This document shows, one piece after another, positions 37,809-52,964 of a DNA stretch of 64,000 nt; within the stretch, counting starts at the first letter, position 1, and every line of letters starts with the position of its first letter. Location: assembly GCA_046563655.1 (NCBI GenBank), contig CM102290.1, positions 12,524,001-12,588,000 of the forward strand, given 5' to 3'. The notes under the pieces were generated by a model that saw only the letters and a list, made by a program, of their open reading frames with translations, ran no database searches and had not been told where the DNA came from. The DNA comes from Yuukianura sp. NJ FZ-2021 (taxonomy: Eukaryota). A program made the position numbers and the translations under genes.

Positions 37809-40275
37809 TTCAAAGGCTTCAGTTTCCGTCCCCGCTGATTTGTATATTACAGATGGTCGTGTTAGTCTAGGTTTAGGTGTCAGAACCGGAACCGGAGAAT
37901 CATTTCCAGTTAACGCATTTTCCACAAAAGATAGTGAGGAACCAATTGTGAGGACCTGGAGGATTGATACCAATGTGACTGTAACCTTTGAACTCGTCTA
38001 TCAGGAAACGATGGAATCAGCCACAGCGAAAACTGTTACAGTGACTACTTAAATGGATATTGCCAAGTATAGTACTCGAAACCCGTTTGTCGTTTGGTTG
38101 TTTTACGTTGATGCTGATTGGTGAAGCAGAAGTAATTGTGCGAACAAGGGACTAGATGTGGGCTGTGGCGCGGATAAAGATGCTTGAGAGTGAAGGTGTG
38201 AAGATCACAATTAGTAATTGTTTGTCATTTTAGGATATGAATGTTTTGACTATAGAGTGAAAGTGGCGATTGAAGATGGAAATTCTTAGTTTTTTTTATT
38301 CATGAGGAATTCAGCAGAATTGTAATGTTTGGAGTGAGAATGGTGACAACACCGTCCTTGTATCTTGTGTCTACAAAATCCCTCGGTTGAAGTAAGTACA
38401 AAGTTTGTACTTACGTTTGTACTACAAACGTGCATGATACATTTACCAACCTACTGATAGCAGTGATATCAAATAGTTACAATAAAGAACCCCGCGGGTT
38501 CATTAAACCACTTCAAATGGATTAATTACTCCTCATATACGTAAGATTCTTAACTAATTAATTAGCTAAATGCTGAAACGGATTTGGTTACATGGGATCC
38601 TCCGAGGCTTCCTTGTGTTCTCAACCAATATTTGTACTAATCTTCTCATCCGAATTGTTCATTGTGTGCATTGGCATTTCCTTTCTTTCTGCCCGTATAC
38701 AAAGTGACAAAAACTCAGGCTTAACACGCAAAATACAAAAATAGTGTAACCTCTTTGTGCACGATCCAGGAAAATCAAGGCTACATGAAATACATAACGG
38801 AACCCAAGCTCTTTTCCCTTGATCATCTATGTAACTTTAGATTTTGGAACCACCATTGGAATTTACAAAATAAAAACTAAACCTATGTAAAAGTACCTAA
38901 GCTACGACAATCAAATTTTGAAACACATCTTGCATTTTGCATTCACCATTCTTGTGGAGGCGTAGTTTTGGTTTTACTACAAGGTTTTTGACACTGAATG
39001 GCATTCAATAAAGGTCACTCAGGTCAAGGGACCTCACTTACTTTGGTTATCCCATACTAACAGATTGTGCAGACACAGATACGAGAAAGGAAAAGAACCT
39101 AAGGTGCTAAAATAGCTTCTTTTTTAATTGCTTTAAAAGTTATCAGGAGCAAATTGGATTTGTGAGTTCATGTTCATAAAACACGCGACGCTTCTACTGT
39201 TCCATTTGCCATTCATAATCTGATTTGTAAAGGTGGGATTGGTTTCTCATAGTTTATAGCTAATCGTTCGCGTTAAAATGCTGGGAAGTCGTAACCTTCT
39301 TTGCTTAATTAGTCTAAACTAGATGAGATTGCGGTTTTTAATTACTTTTAGTTTGAGCTTTAAAGTCATGTCTAGAAATTCACGAGTTGACATCCGCCGT
39401 ACTAGCTACACTTCATATTCCGGCATTAAAGGCTTGCACTGAGGGCGAAGTAGGGTTTAGGATTAGTGGTTGTACCCATCCTACAACCTTACTTCAACCT
39501 TCCAATGTTTACATGCTTTATGCCAATCAATTTGTCTTTATGTTTTTAATTGACACTTTCCTAACTCACATGTGATTGTCATCAGAAAAAGCGACTTTGC
39601 ATAACAATTAATTTGTTAACAACAAGTTTTTGCATCTTCCGATACGGAAAACACTGTTGCTCAAATGGGCAGACGATATTTGATCTTTCAGGAGGCCTAG
39701 GAGGATTCCACAGCCATTCGATAGGAAGATAGGATAAGGGATGCTTCTGGTTTGAAATTGCATAAACACGGAGAGGTTGGCTAATCCGCAAAGTCTTATC
39801 GCTTCTACTGCTTCTTCACTTCAACATGCTTCGAGTCCTTATAGAAGAACAGATGACAATTTACAATTCCAGCGTCTGTAACTATGATCAGTGGGTCCAC
39901 TCCTACTTCGTCAACCGTCACTGTCAGTCTCCTTGTCGCCCACTCCAGTGTAGGATCTCCTCCAGCCACGATTCTTTCCCATCTTCCTCGCCCTCGTTAA
40001 CTCCTCAAGAATATAGCTCCAGCTCAAGGTAAACACAATTAGTATTACAATTGGTATGCAATTATACTACAATATACATAAACCAATATTCATCTTAATT
40101 TTTATCCACTTCAAGTTCACGCCCTAGTACTTCTCCCTGTTTTTGTAAAGTGGCGTTAATTTTATCTTTTTTTATCTGTAGTGGCGGTTGAAGTGGTTGA
40201 CCGATGCAATCCTGATCCTGAGCTGACATAACTATCAATCGTTTTTGGAATTACTTTAAGATCAAGTTAACGACC

Positions 40276-42353
<2,078 letters not shown>

Positions 42354-42528
42354 CCTGACTACAACAATCGCTCGATCCCGTGAATAAAGTCTACGTAAAG
42401 AGTTATTTTTCCTGCAACTACAAACGGCACTGTAATACCAGCATTTCTGTTATTTATTATTGATTGATTACCGGACTGAGCCAATTGTTCATGTCACACT
42501 TATATGCAAATAATCAATCATCTTACGA

Positions 42529-44554
42529 TTAATTAGGCCCAAAACCATATATTTTACAAATATTTTGAATCAGACTTGATTTTTCGTTTTCTGGTAGGAA
42601 GCAGGACCTCGCAGCATTTAGTGTCTGAAAATGAGAAATAGATCTTTAGTGACACAACGTACTTGATTAGTAATTTAGTACACAAAACTAGCAAAGTTTA
42701 CTTACTGCTTTAACGAAATGGTGATCTTGGAGTCCCCATGCTCTGAGTAGGTTATACTCGTCGTCAAGTTGGGTTCCAGTCAGTGTAGGGTCATCTGTGT
42801 TGATTGAAATGTTGAAGTCGTCTTCAAAAAACCTTCACAATTTCAAATCAAAAGTTTAGTTTTAGTTTTTAAAAGGTTGAGTTTTGTCTAGTTTTGAATA
42901 TAAACGTTGTCCAGTATTAATAAACTTACTGAACAATGGGATGAGGCATCTGAGACACAGGAACGGAGCCGGTGAGGAGACTGGACCATGGACATGTCTC
43001 CAGATGAATGCGTTCTCGACGGATTCTGTCGTATGCTGCTTTGTCACCAGTGAGTCTGTAGCCATGTCCAATACGATTGGCCATCAACTCATCCACGGCA
43101 TGCACCACCATTTTCCCCTCTCCTGATTCTCCAGCGTGAATTGTACGAGGAATTCCAAGTCTCGCTGCCTCCAGTGCAAAATTTACTGCTTCTTTCCCCG
43201 TTGCTTTCTCCTCTATGTAGAAACATTCCAATTCAGTCATCTTATATCATCGTATATTTCTGTTGAACTATCCCTAGCAACCTAGCCTCAAAAAAACCAA
43301 GGTCCGAATTGTATTTCCTACAACTTCGAGTTATTGGACAACCTGGCGTAGAAAACGCTTTCTTTTTGTTTACGAACTTTGAAAAAAAAACCTTGGTGTT
43401 TTTCTACCGAGCAATCAGCGAAACCATGAACGCTTTTGTAAAAATCTCACAATACCCCGACCACATTGTTCGTCGTATTGTTCAAACAATTTCGGATTTC
43501 ACTGGGGTACTGTGAGATTTTCACAAAAACGTTTGTTTTTCGTTGATCGCTCAGTAGAAAGTTTTTTTCCAGTTAAGTTGCTAGGGATAAGTAGTTAGTG
43601 TGTAACTTACCTTCTGCGGTGTCAGCACACCCAGCCACATCCACTCCAACTACTCTGCCATGGTGGAAACTTTGGTCCGAAGCGATTTCCAATGACTGGT
43701 CAAACCAGTGCTGCGGTCTACCACGAATACAAGTGAGAATGAGGTTCCCCTTCGTGCCAAAGTCCGCTTGACCCCGCTCCAGCCCCTTAATAGCAGCTCT
43801 AGTAACGTCCCATACCCGATCCCTGCATTCGCCAGCATCATCAACCTACAAACATCGATCAAGTTAAAGTGAATCTTTTCAATGAAGTGAGATTTTACTT
43901 CCAGCATTTGCGAACTTACAGTTTGAAGAGGAATAAGAAGGTGCGGACAAAACCTGGACTCAAAGTACGCAACTCCTTGGTTCCTAGCGTCTTCAACTGC
44001 CTCGTACGCCATCCTCTCAATGGCTTTCAAGTCTCCGCTAGTAAACCACGAGAAAACAAATTCAAAATATACTTTACAGAGGTCAAATGTCAACATTCCA
44101 AGTACAGCAATGTTGCTTACATGAAAGGACTGAGAATAGTTTCAAATGGTTCGAGGAACTTGGCCAAGCTAATGCCCTTCGTAACGATCAAGTGCTTTCG
44201 CAAAGCAGCGAGGGATCCATCGCCTGGAAGAGGCAACCCCTTGGTCCTAAAAATATTCAAAAATCAAAAATTCATAAGAAAACAAATCAATTTTACAAAT
44301 ATTTTTAAAAAACCATGCCGGTAAAGTTTAATGCTAATGCTATGTAAGTAGTTACTTACTTGCAGAGTTCGTGAATTGTTTCGTGTCGGCAAGACCCATC
44401 CAAGTGAACGTGTAGTTCGACCTGAACAGAAAAGGATTATGAAATCAATTAATTTAGATTCGATTAACGACTTCGTTGTTGTTATTACCCGTAGCGCAGG
44501 TCTGGCTACATCGTAAGGAAGAAATGGACGGAGACCGCGATGTACCCCTTGCAT
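42529..44554 (-). CDS. ADA: Adenosine deaminase (ADA1 type); about 8 coding exons
   Basis: VELHVHLDGS, YFESRFCPHLL, VVGVDVAG, RTIHAGE, RIGHGY, HLETCPWSSLLTG, SINTDDP, LNAARSCFLPENEK; Zn ligands and catalytic Glu present. Confidence 0.92.
43272..43586. mobile_element. MITE with CCC termini and AT flanks in ADA intron
   Basis: at|CCCTAGCAAC...GTTGCTAGGG|at, plus a ~58-bp internal imperfect inverted repeat (43401-43459 vs 43502-43560). Confidence 0.7.
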
Positions 44555-45446
44555 AATGGAACGGAAAAGCTGGAATGCGACTACGATAAATTCAGAGCAG
44601 TTCAAGTGAACTGAACTTTTAAACTTAAGCCGTGCTGTAACCTCAACCTTGACTTGTTATTAACACCACTTAAAGTACTTTACTTAGTTATTGAATATGT
44701 GAGTTTAGATAACTTAGATAACTAGTAATCAAAACTAAATGATTATTAGTGCATGAAATTATATTAAACTGGAATGGTCAGTTCAATGTCAGAAAACGAA
44801 AAGAGAGAGATCGAAAAGCAGTTTTGGAAAACGCCCCAAAAGTATACCCTTCAAGGGTCTTTGAAATCTAATCTTAAAACATGAAATTTAATCTTAACTG
44901 AAAACGAATTCTTTGTTTTTGACAGAATACAGTGTAACACAAGTATCAGCATCGATGTTTTGGACTAGATTTTTCATATCCACAGGCACATGGCTGTACA
45001 AAATCCAAGCTTAAAACTTGATTATGCTGAGGCATTTACAGCCAAAAATAACTCTGAAGTCGGTACCTACGCTTGTACTGCTACGATGACAGCACACATA
45101 TCAAACAGACTACCCGGATAACCTGCAAATTGAAACTGAATTTCGATTGGCTATCAGGCCACCAGTTTTCAATTTGCAGTTAGTGACGGCATTCATATGA
45201 GAATTGAGCTTCAGCAATAATCATCATAAAAAACTTTTCAAAAATCTGTTTCATTTTAACTTCAGCAGCGGAATGAATCATGAATTTTCGGATTAGAAAA
45301 ATATCGAAACCTGCCTCCTCTAAATCACGATTCACTGAAAATTTATTCAAAACTTAGTTAGATGACACTTACATTAAGGGATAACTAAATCTGTAAAAAG
45401 ACACCTCCGCCAGGTCGTGTGATCAGTTGCTCGGCTCTTCTCGTCT

Positions 45447-45836
45447 TCAGTCAGCATTTGGCTCACAACTTTGGAGCAGAGTAATGTTGTCTCCTTTCAG
45501 TAGAATTCGACCTAAATCAACAAATAATGTTAATCATCAGTACATGATCACACAGTACAAGAACACAAAAGCAACAAACACGTTAGAATTCAAAGTAGGT
45601 ATAATAAGATATTTACCTAGCTGAACACGATCGTTGGTTTTCATGTTGACCTCACAAGCATCATCCAGAACCAGGTTCATGTACTCGTCAAAACCAATTA
45701 CTATTCCTTCCATTCTAATTTTGACATTTTCGTACAACCATACTTGGACTCGAGACCGGTTTTGAAGGTACCGAAATATGAGGTTAATCGGCTGGACCAT
45801 CACCTTCTGTAGTTTCTGAAGCGGTTTCGACGCCAT
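45447..45836 (-). CDS. SNRPE: Small nuclear ribonucleoprotein E (SmE); exons 45836-45617, 45511-45447
   Basis: [27 protein letters not shown]...[13 protein letters not shown]...[15 protein letters not shown]. Confidence 0.95.
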
Positions 45837-46044
45837 CTTCACTTTTAGTTCCTTGAGTCAACTATACAATATTAGTGTTGGTAAGCAGTAGTTCGAATGT
45901 TTACACGTAGCCCAGTCCAGCGGAGTTAGCGATGTACTAGCTGTGTAATTAATCGATTATGATAACCCGGGTCGAATAAATTGAATTGACAACTTTTCGA
46001 AATGGAAACAAACAGAACCCGCCGCCGCGATTTGCCTGTTCAGA

Positions 46045-46100
46045 GAGTCCGGCTAAACCTCGGATATCGGATTCCTCGGATCTTGTATGAGGGGAGCATT
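46045..46100 (+). mobile_element. Fragment (one TIR) of the Harbinger-like MITE family seen at 6214
   Basis: gagtccggctaaacctcggatatcggattcctcggatcttgtatgaggggagcat aligns to 6214-6268. Confidence 0.65.
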
Positions 46101-47189
46101 AGGCTTACCGATATCAGTGTATCCCCGCTGTGTAGCCACTCCGCAGTTACAGGTGGCTACTTTAGCAGGCTACATATGTTACCACTTGAGCTAAGATTTG
46201 GCTAGGTTAGAGAGGATATACCTGTTGCCACTCCGGTGTAGCATCCTGCTAATCTAGCCATGCGATGGCTAGATTAGCCACACTGTGTGGTTACAATTAC
46301 TACTATTAGCCCGCAAGTCAACCCAAAATTTGGAACAACGAAGTGTTGAAGTACGCTGTAACGACACTTATCGTATCCACATCGGGTAGCCACAGCCATT
46401 GGTATGACCTTTTCATCTTTTGTTCGCCACCGAATAAATCTATAATTTTCTACAAATCTCTTATTTTCTCGAAAAGGTGGCGTCTTTTGCAAGCATCATC
46501 ATCAGCATCAACTCAAAATGCTCAAACAAATTAAAATTACTGGCAGTAGAACCCCAAAAAGAACTCATAGAATGTCTTAATGAAACGCGATTCTAGATTT
46601 TATTAACTTAAGCGAGTTCAATTTATACAACGATTGTATTTGTATTATAATGAATACACTACCTAGTTATTATTTAATTTTTGCCTTCTCAAAAAATTTC
46701 ATTTTGCTCTGAAGGGCTTCTCTCTCACACTTGTAAGCAGAGGTTATAACTTTGCGTACTACCTTTAAGGGTTCGGTGACGATTCAAGATTCGTACAAGT
46801 TAATTATAGGGAATTAGTTGGTAGTTAATTGAAACTTATGACTGTTAACTAGTATTTATAACAAAGGGGACGAGCCAAACATAAAGAAAAGACTTAACTG
46901 ATTGAGAGACAAGCGGAAGAAAACACCTTCAAAGGATACAGCGAGTAGTCAAGTATTATTTTTTCACCTGAGTCATTTAACTATAACTAATTAGCTACAC
47001 AGTATTTGTAGAAAATTTTTCATGAAATCCATTGTCTAGTAGGGAAATATTTGTTGGGTTTGGTACCTTGGGAAGGTAGGTATACCAGGATTAAAAAAAA
47101 TTCGAATAGAAAGAAGAGGAGACCAGGATGACTGTCGTAGTCCATCTCCCGACTCCCGAGTAAAACAAATCATTAAGTTTGAACGGCGA

Positions 47190-47665
47190 CGCATAATATT
47201 GCGGCAGCAGGTATGGTATCTGCATAATATTGTTGCAGCAGGTACGCTAACTGCATAATGTTGTTGCAGCAGTTATGTTTCTGCGTATTGTTGAAGCAAG
47301 CATAATATTGTTGCAGCAGGTATGTTTTCTGCATAATATTGACAGAAAGTATACTTTCTGCATAATATTGTTGCGCCAAGTATGAGTTCTGCATAATATT
47401 GTTGACAGTAGGTATGTTGCCTGCATAATATTGTTGCAGCAGGTATGCTTTGTGCATAATATTGACAGAAAGTATGCTTTCTGCATAATATTGTTGCGCC
47501 AGGTATGCTACCTGCATAATATTGTTGACAGAAGGTATGCTTTCTGTATACTAGTATGGGCAAAAGTTACGCTAACTGCATAATATTGTTGCAGCAGGTA
47601 TGGTTTTTGATTAATATTGTTGACAGAAGGTATGATTTCCGGTTAATATTGCTGCAGACGGTATA
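47190..47665. repeat. ~30-33-bp minisatellite (gcataatattgttgcagcaggtatg...), ~14 units with variant subtypes
   Basis: Directly visible tandem array; yields repetitive ORFs (LLQQYYA, CCNNIMQ, AATILC) in three frames. Confidence 0.9.
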
Positions 47666-48169
47666 AGGTTAGTACAATGAATGTATCCGCTTGAGATTAG
47701 ATGGAAAATTGCACGAAAGTACTAATTACTTACATCATTCCGAAAAACGATGAGTCTGACGTTAATTTCCAACTACCACAATGGCAGTAAAACGACGACT
47801 AAAAAATAACGTGAAAAGCGAGAGCGGGGGTTTTTCGAAGGACCGAACAACGAGAAATCAGGGGCTAAAGAAGGGTTCAGGACAGGAGCCATTGTCAAGT
47901 CAAGTTCAACTTAATATGAAATCGTTTTACACGCCACAATGATTCGTAGTGGTTTACGGTATTTCAGGACTTGAAGACAGGGACTCTCAATTCCTACGTT
48001 AAAAGGAGAAGTTGTGTCATACTTAGGTCACGTAATGCTTATCTATCCATAACCCATAGATTAGCCTAACTAATGCGCCCCTCACTGTCCCATCATCTCT
48101 AATTGTAGAACAACGAGATGAGATGGGTGTCTGGAGGGTATGATTTTGCGATTAAAAAGTTTATCTACT

Positions 48170-49698
48170 TCAAAGTTCCATGTCTCGGGCTTCATCTTCG
48201 GAGTAATCGGACATGGAACTTTCATCCGACGACAAGCTTCCGCTCTGCTTGTTCTTCTCCGCCGATTCTTGCTCCTGTTCTTTCAACGCATCTTCTGTAG
48301 CAAACTTTCTCACGTACTCTACAGCAACAGAGAAAATAGGTTTGATTTGATAAACGTCAAGTTCAAGTTACGATAGTCACTCCATCATTATAATTACCCG
48401 AGACTTTCTTCTTGTACTCCTCTGGTTTGTGGAGGTACATGGCAGCAGCATCACCATTCAGGGGATCTATTGGATTTGGATACGTCAAAAGCTGAGGAAG
48501 AAAGGATTCGAAGATGTTAGACAGGTCTGAAACAGAAAAACAGTTAACGATGGATTAGCTCTACAAAACGTGTTTTCTACGGTTATGTTCAATTCATTTT
48601 AATCTTGATTTAGTAAGTGCATTACCGTAGAGCGCTGTCCACGCTTGATTAATAACATCAAGGCACACAGTCCCGGACACTTCGTCAATGTTTGGATGAT
48701 AAACTTTATTCATAAATCCAATTGATGGAGACTTAAAAGGGTAATGCTCTGGCAAATGAACTCGAACTTTCCAGATTCCACCTTCATATGGAGCTGGAAA
48801 CAGAGATCATGAAAAAACAAACATTGCATTGACAGCACAAAACTTTGACCTCACATCATTTGACGTTAGTATCTGTAAACATTTATATTTTCTCATCTGA
48901 TCCTTACTTCCTCGGGGGCCATAAAACTTGACACAAAATTCGTTTAGTCCGCCCAAAATCGTCACTTCATGTTTGGATTCAATTCTAAAAGTAAACAAAG
49001 CATTTAGTACATAAGTCCATATCTGGAATTGTAAGTTTAGCAATTGAAAGGAATGAACGAATGGTAATGGTAAACGCTTTAGGGGAAACTTAAAGTAACA
49101 AAAGCCAATTCTAGCAAAACATCTCCCGTTTAGCTTTTGCATATGCAATTCCATGTTTAAAAAAAAGTATTAACACGAAAAATGTTGCATCATCAACGTG
49201 ATAAATGTGAATAAAACTGGATTCAAAAGACGAGCAATTAATACTTTAGATTGCTTGTTTTTGTTTCTTTGAGATACTCCACACAATTCCAAATATAAAA
49301 AACCTCATTACAAATGTACAATCGTTAAAAACTTCTACTTCAAAACCAATACGCACAATTCATGAAAAAAGATTTGGCTAAATAGCCACAAGCGATTGCA
49401 ATGAAAATACGCCTCAACCCCAAACCATAACTTCACTTCATGCCTTTGATTTCCTCATCACAAATCAATTCATACTCAAACACATGCTAAAATTCTGAGA
49501 AGCGAGTCTTCCTCATGATCATTTTACAACCCAATGTTGCTTTACAATGAGACTACAGTCAACATTTAGAGATCAGCTGATCAGCATTTCATAAGAAAAT
49601 CGTTTCCTGTCGTTAATTTAATTACAAAATAATAAATCTCCTTACAGTTTGATAACGTCTGTATCCATTCGTCGTTTCCCAGCACTTGGTGACGACAT
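48170..49698 (-). CDS. UBE2H: Ubiquitin-conjugating enzyme E2 H; 5 coding exons
   Basis: [41 protein letters not shown]...[72 protein letters not shown]...[16 protein letters not shown]. Confidence 0.95.
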
Positions 49699-50966
49699 TT
49701 CTGGAGCTAAGTACACCATTCACCTTCGGACACTCGAATGATTCACAGATTCACTTGGTAGCTGGGAAAGGAATGAAGTGGCTCGTGTTCAGGCACAACA
49801 ACATTGTCATTCGTTGTGACGTCAACTCAAGGCTACTGACCCACATTTTAGTAACATTCCACTGTAAAAAATATAAGCCACACAGAAACTACGTTCTGCT
49901 GTGGAGAATCACTCGCTATGATGCTTTGTTTACTTCGCAGTAGCATCATCAATGTGCTTAAATGCATTAGTATTTAAGCAAATACTAATATAATAATAAA
50001 AATATAATAATAATATAAAAATAAAAATATAATAATAATATGATAACGCGTTTAAGCAGAACTGTAAGTATTAACAAATATTTTAAATTAACTATTTCGC
50101 GACCCTTCTATTACTGCTACTACACTACAATGACAATTTTATAGATTTTGAGATTTGATTGAGACATTTTGTGTAATTAAAATTTAACTTTCAATCAATT
50201 TTTTTTGTTTATAGCGGTTATCTGCATGATACCAACCAAAAATTAAATTTTGATCCTGTTTGACGTTGTGCAAGATTTACATAACCTGGACTGGAGCAAG
50301 AATTTTGAATGTTAAAATTTAGTAACTTGAAGGCATCAACCTCAGTATTTTTTCATTTGCTAAAATTGAAGCCGTTGGTTGAGACGTAAGTAGTGCGTGA
50401 CTAATTCTTGGTTTCGAATAAGGTGGGGGAGGGACTAGGAGGACGAGGGAGGGCATCTGCCTTTAGGACTTATCGTCCACAGCTGTTTGTCCTTTGCTCT
50501 CAGACACTTATGTACGCAACATCCTGTTGACATAAGGAGAAATGAGATCAACTGTAACCTTCCGTCTGCAATAGTTGTACCCACGTAATGTAATGGCTAG
50601 GTGGTTTGGGGTTTTAAGCTTTTACTGGGAGTTTTTAGCCCAAAGGTTTCTAAATTAACTAAGAATGATGGTTATGTAGTGTTAACCTATTCTACTGTAG
50701 CGGGGTATAATAATGTTATGTGCTGAGATCGGTAACTCTTTTAGGTATTTCCTAGAAATATGGTTACAATGGTTACAAGTGTCATGGTATATCCTAATTC
50801 CAACCCACCCTTCATCTCTTCCTCATCCGCACCCACAACACACATCTGTGATACACTTTGTTCTTTTGCTGTGCTAACACTCACCCATAGTTGTGTGTGA
50901 ATGAGGAATGAGGCCTTAATCTTAGTAATAAAGAGCAATGTCTGTCGTGTGTGTGTCCTCTCTGCG

Positions 50967-51005
50967 GGGTCTGGCTAAAAGTCGGATTTCGGATTCCTCG
51001 GATTG
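50967..51005 (+). mobile_element. Fragment (one TIR) of the Harbinger-like MITE family seen at 6214
   Basis: gggtctggctaaaagtcggatttcggattcctcggatt aligns to 6214-6252. Confidence 0.65.
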
Positions 51006-52092
51006 CTATCCACCCTCTGTTCGCAATTTACTCCTTTTATAAAACTCAAGGGTTGAAGTAAACTAAATACTAACTAATTGTACCCAATTTTGGTTGGTCG
51101 ATCTTTTTGTTAATCCAACGATTGATTGGGATATCGTTTTTTTAAAATTAATACGTTAAACTGGTACGTACGCAACAGTCAAGAATCTTTGGCTGGCCAA
51201 AGGCCAGCCAAGATTCTTGTTTCTAATAATTTACTGCTTAAACGCTCATAAATTGTTCAATATTTGTCCTGTAAACTAATTAAGTTCTATATTGGCTTCT
51301 GATTTAATTGGTTTACGTTCAACAGGCTAGATTTCCCTGGTGCAAATTCCGTATCCGCACCTTAAACTTCAAATTCAATTGCGTTTACGATTTCCTGTTT
51401 ATCTTAGTTTTAGTCACTCCATTTCAAATTATTTTGCCGCGAAGGAAAAAGCTAGAAAAGGTAGGTGAATTTTATTTGTAAAACCGAAATAAGTTAAGGT
51501 CAAAGGTCAATCATCTACATTTTGCTAAGGTTGAAAACGTTTCCTTTGAAGCAGGACAACAGAAAGAGCGGAGTCACAAGTATACGACGTCAGTAAAGGT
51601 AAGCGATCGGCGATGCTAATTTATTAATCCGATTCTAATTCGATTAAACCTTATGTTTATTTCAAGGTTAGCCCAGTTTTTCATGCAAATACACTATAAA
51701 GATGAATGCATTCAACTATCAAGCCGGAAAAACAAGACGGATTCACTATTGGCTGAAGAACGTGCGCAGTGCATGTACCATTACTTTTTATGACTTCTCT
51801 CACCGTATCCATGACGGCAAAATGACAACAAACGGTGGTTACCCTGTCTCAGTAGTTACAATACCAGCCCCAATAGTTGACTCCACACTTCCAAATCTAC
51901 AATCTGCGACCTATCATTATTACGCACCTATTCGACTGAATCGTGAGTCTTTTACAAGTAATTTCAGTCCCTTATTCAACGTTAAGTAGTATTGATATTT
52001 CGCAAAAGGCTAACGTTGGAATTAGGTTTGGTATTTCGGATTCGCTTTTCATTTATGCACTTGAATCTCTCCGACGACGCTCCTGATACAAA

Positions 52093-52964
52093 ATGGTAAG
52101 CATTAAACGTTGCTCAGGACAAGTAATAGTGGAAATTAGCAACTTTATTGGAATATTAACATAATATGTTATTATTCTTCATCTTATTGATTTTTTTTTC
52201 GACAGGGTTTGCTATCGTTGTTGAAGAAGTTGGCAGTACATTCATCAAGTCCCGGCGGAGCGACTCAATTTCGTATACTGCTCCTGGGGCTTGACAATGC
52301 TGGCAAAACGACGCTCCTGAAGATGCTAGCAAACGAAACAGATGAACAAACAAAGACAAGTCCTACTCGTGGATTCAATGTAAAGACAGTGCAAACCGAG
52401 GGTGGGTTCAGACTTAACGTCTGGGACGTGGGTGGACAGCGAAACATTCGCCCTTACTGGACCAACTACCTCGAGAATGCAGATGCCCTTGTACGTATGA
52501 TATCCTGATTTAAAAAAAAATCACCTTTGTTATAAATTGAAAATTCGAGTATTCACTAGTGTCATATTATATTTTGCAGATCTATGTGATTGATAGTGGT
52601 GATCAGAAGCGATTGGATGAAAGCGGGGAAATTCTATTTGACTTGCTCGAAGACGAGAAAATGAGCGGAGTTCCCCTCATTATCTTTGCCAATAAACAGG
52701 ACTTGTCAGAAGCTGCAACTACGGCAGAAATTGCAAGAGCCCTCAATCTTCATACTCTGCGGGACAGGGCGTGGCAAATACAAGGATGCTCGGCTATCAC
52801 AGGAGAAGGTGTCAAGGTATTCACAAAGTTCAGTCCAATCTCTTTAGGAATATGAGACTAACACAAGTTTAAGTTTATTTTAGTCTATTGGTTTAGAGAA
52901 AACTTAAGACTTTGTTTTCTAGGATGGTGTTGAGTGGATCCTCCGGACAGTTCGAAAGAAATAG
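52093..52964 (+). CDS. ARL3: ADP-ribosylation factor-like 3; exons 52093-52095 (ATG only), 52206-52490, 52580-52816, 52923-52964
   Basis: [10 protein letters not shown]...[17 protein letters not shown]...[21 protein letters not shown]...FANKQDL...[30 protein letters not shown], colinear with ARL3. Confidence 0.9.

Noticed and set aside
37798..38052. Plus-strand ORF and extended minus-strand frame upstream of the hippo ATG
   Set aside because: An in-frame stop lies upstream with no earlier ATG; treated as 5' UTR. An additional upstream coding exon cannot be excluded.
47173..47563. Repetitive ORFs or a CRISPR-like array
   Set aside because: Contiguous tandem units without unique spacers, eukaryotic context, no cas genes; ORFs are by-products of the repeat.
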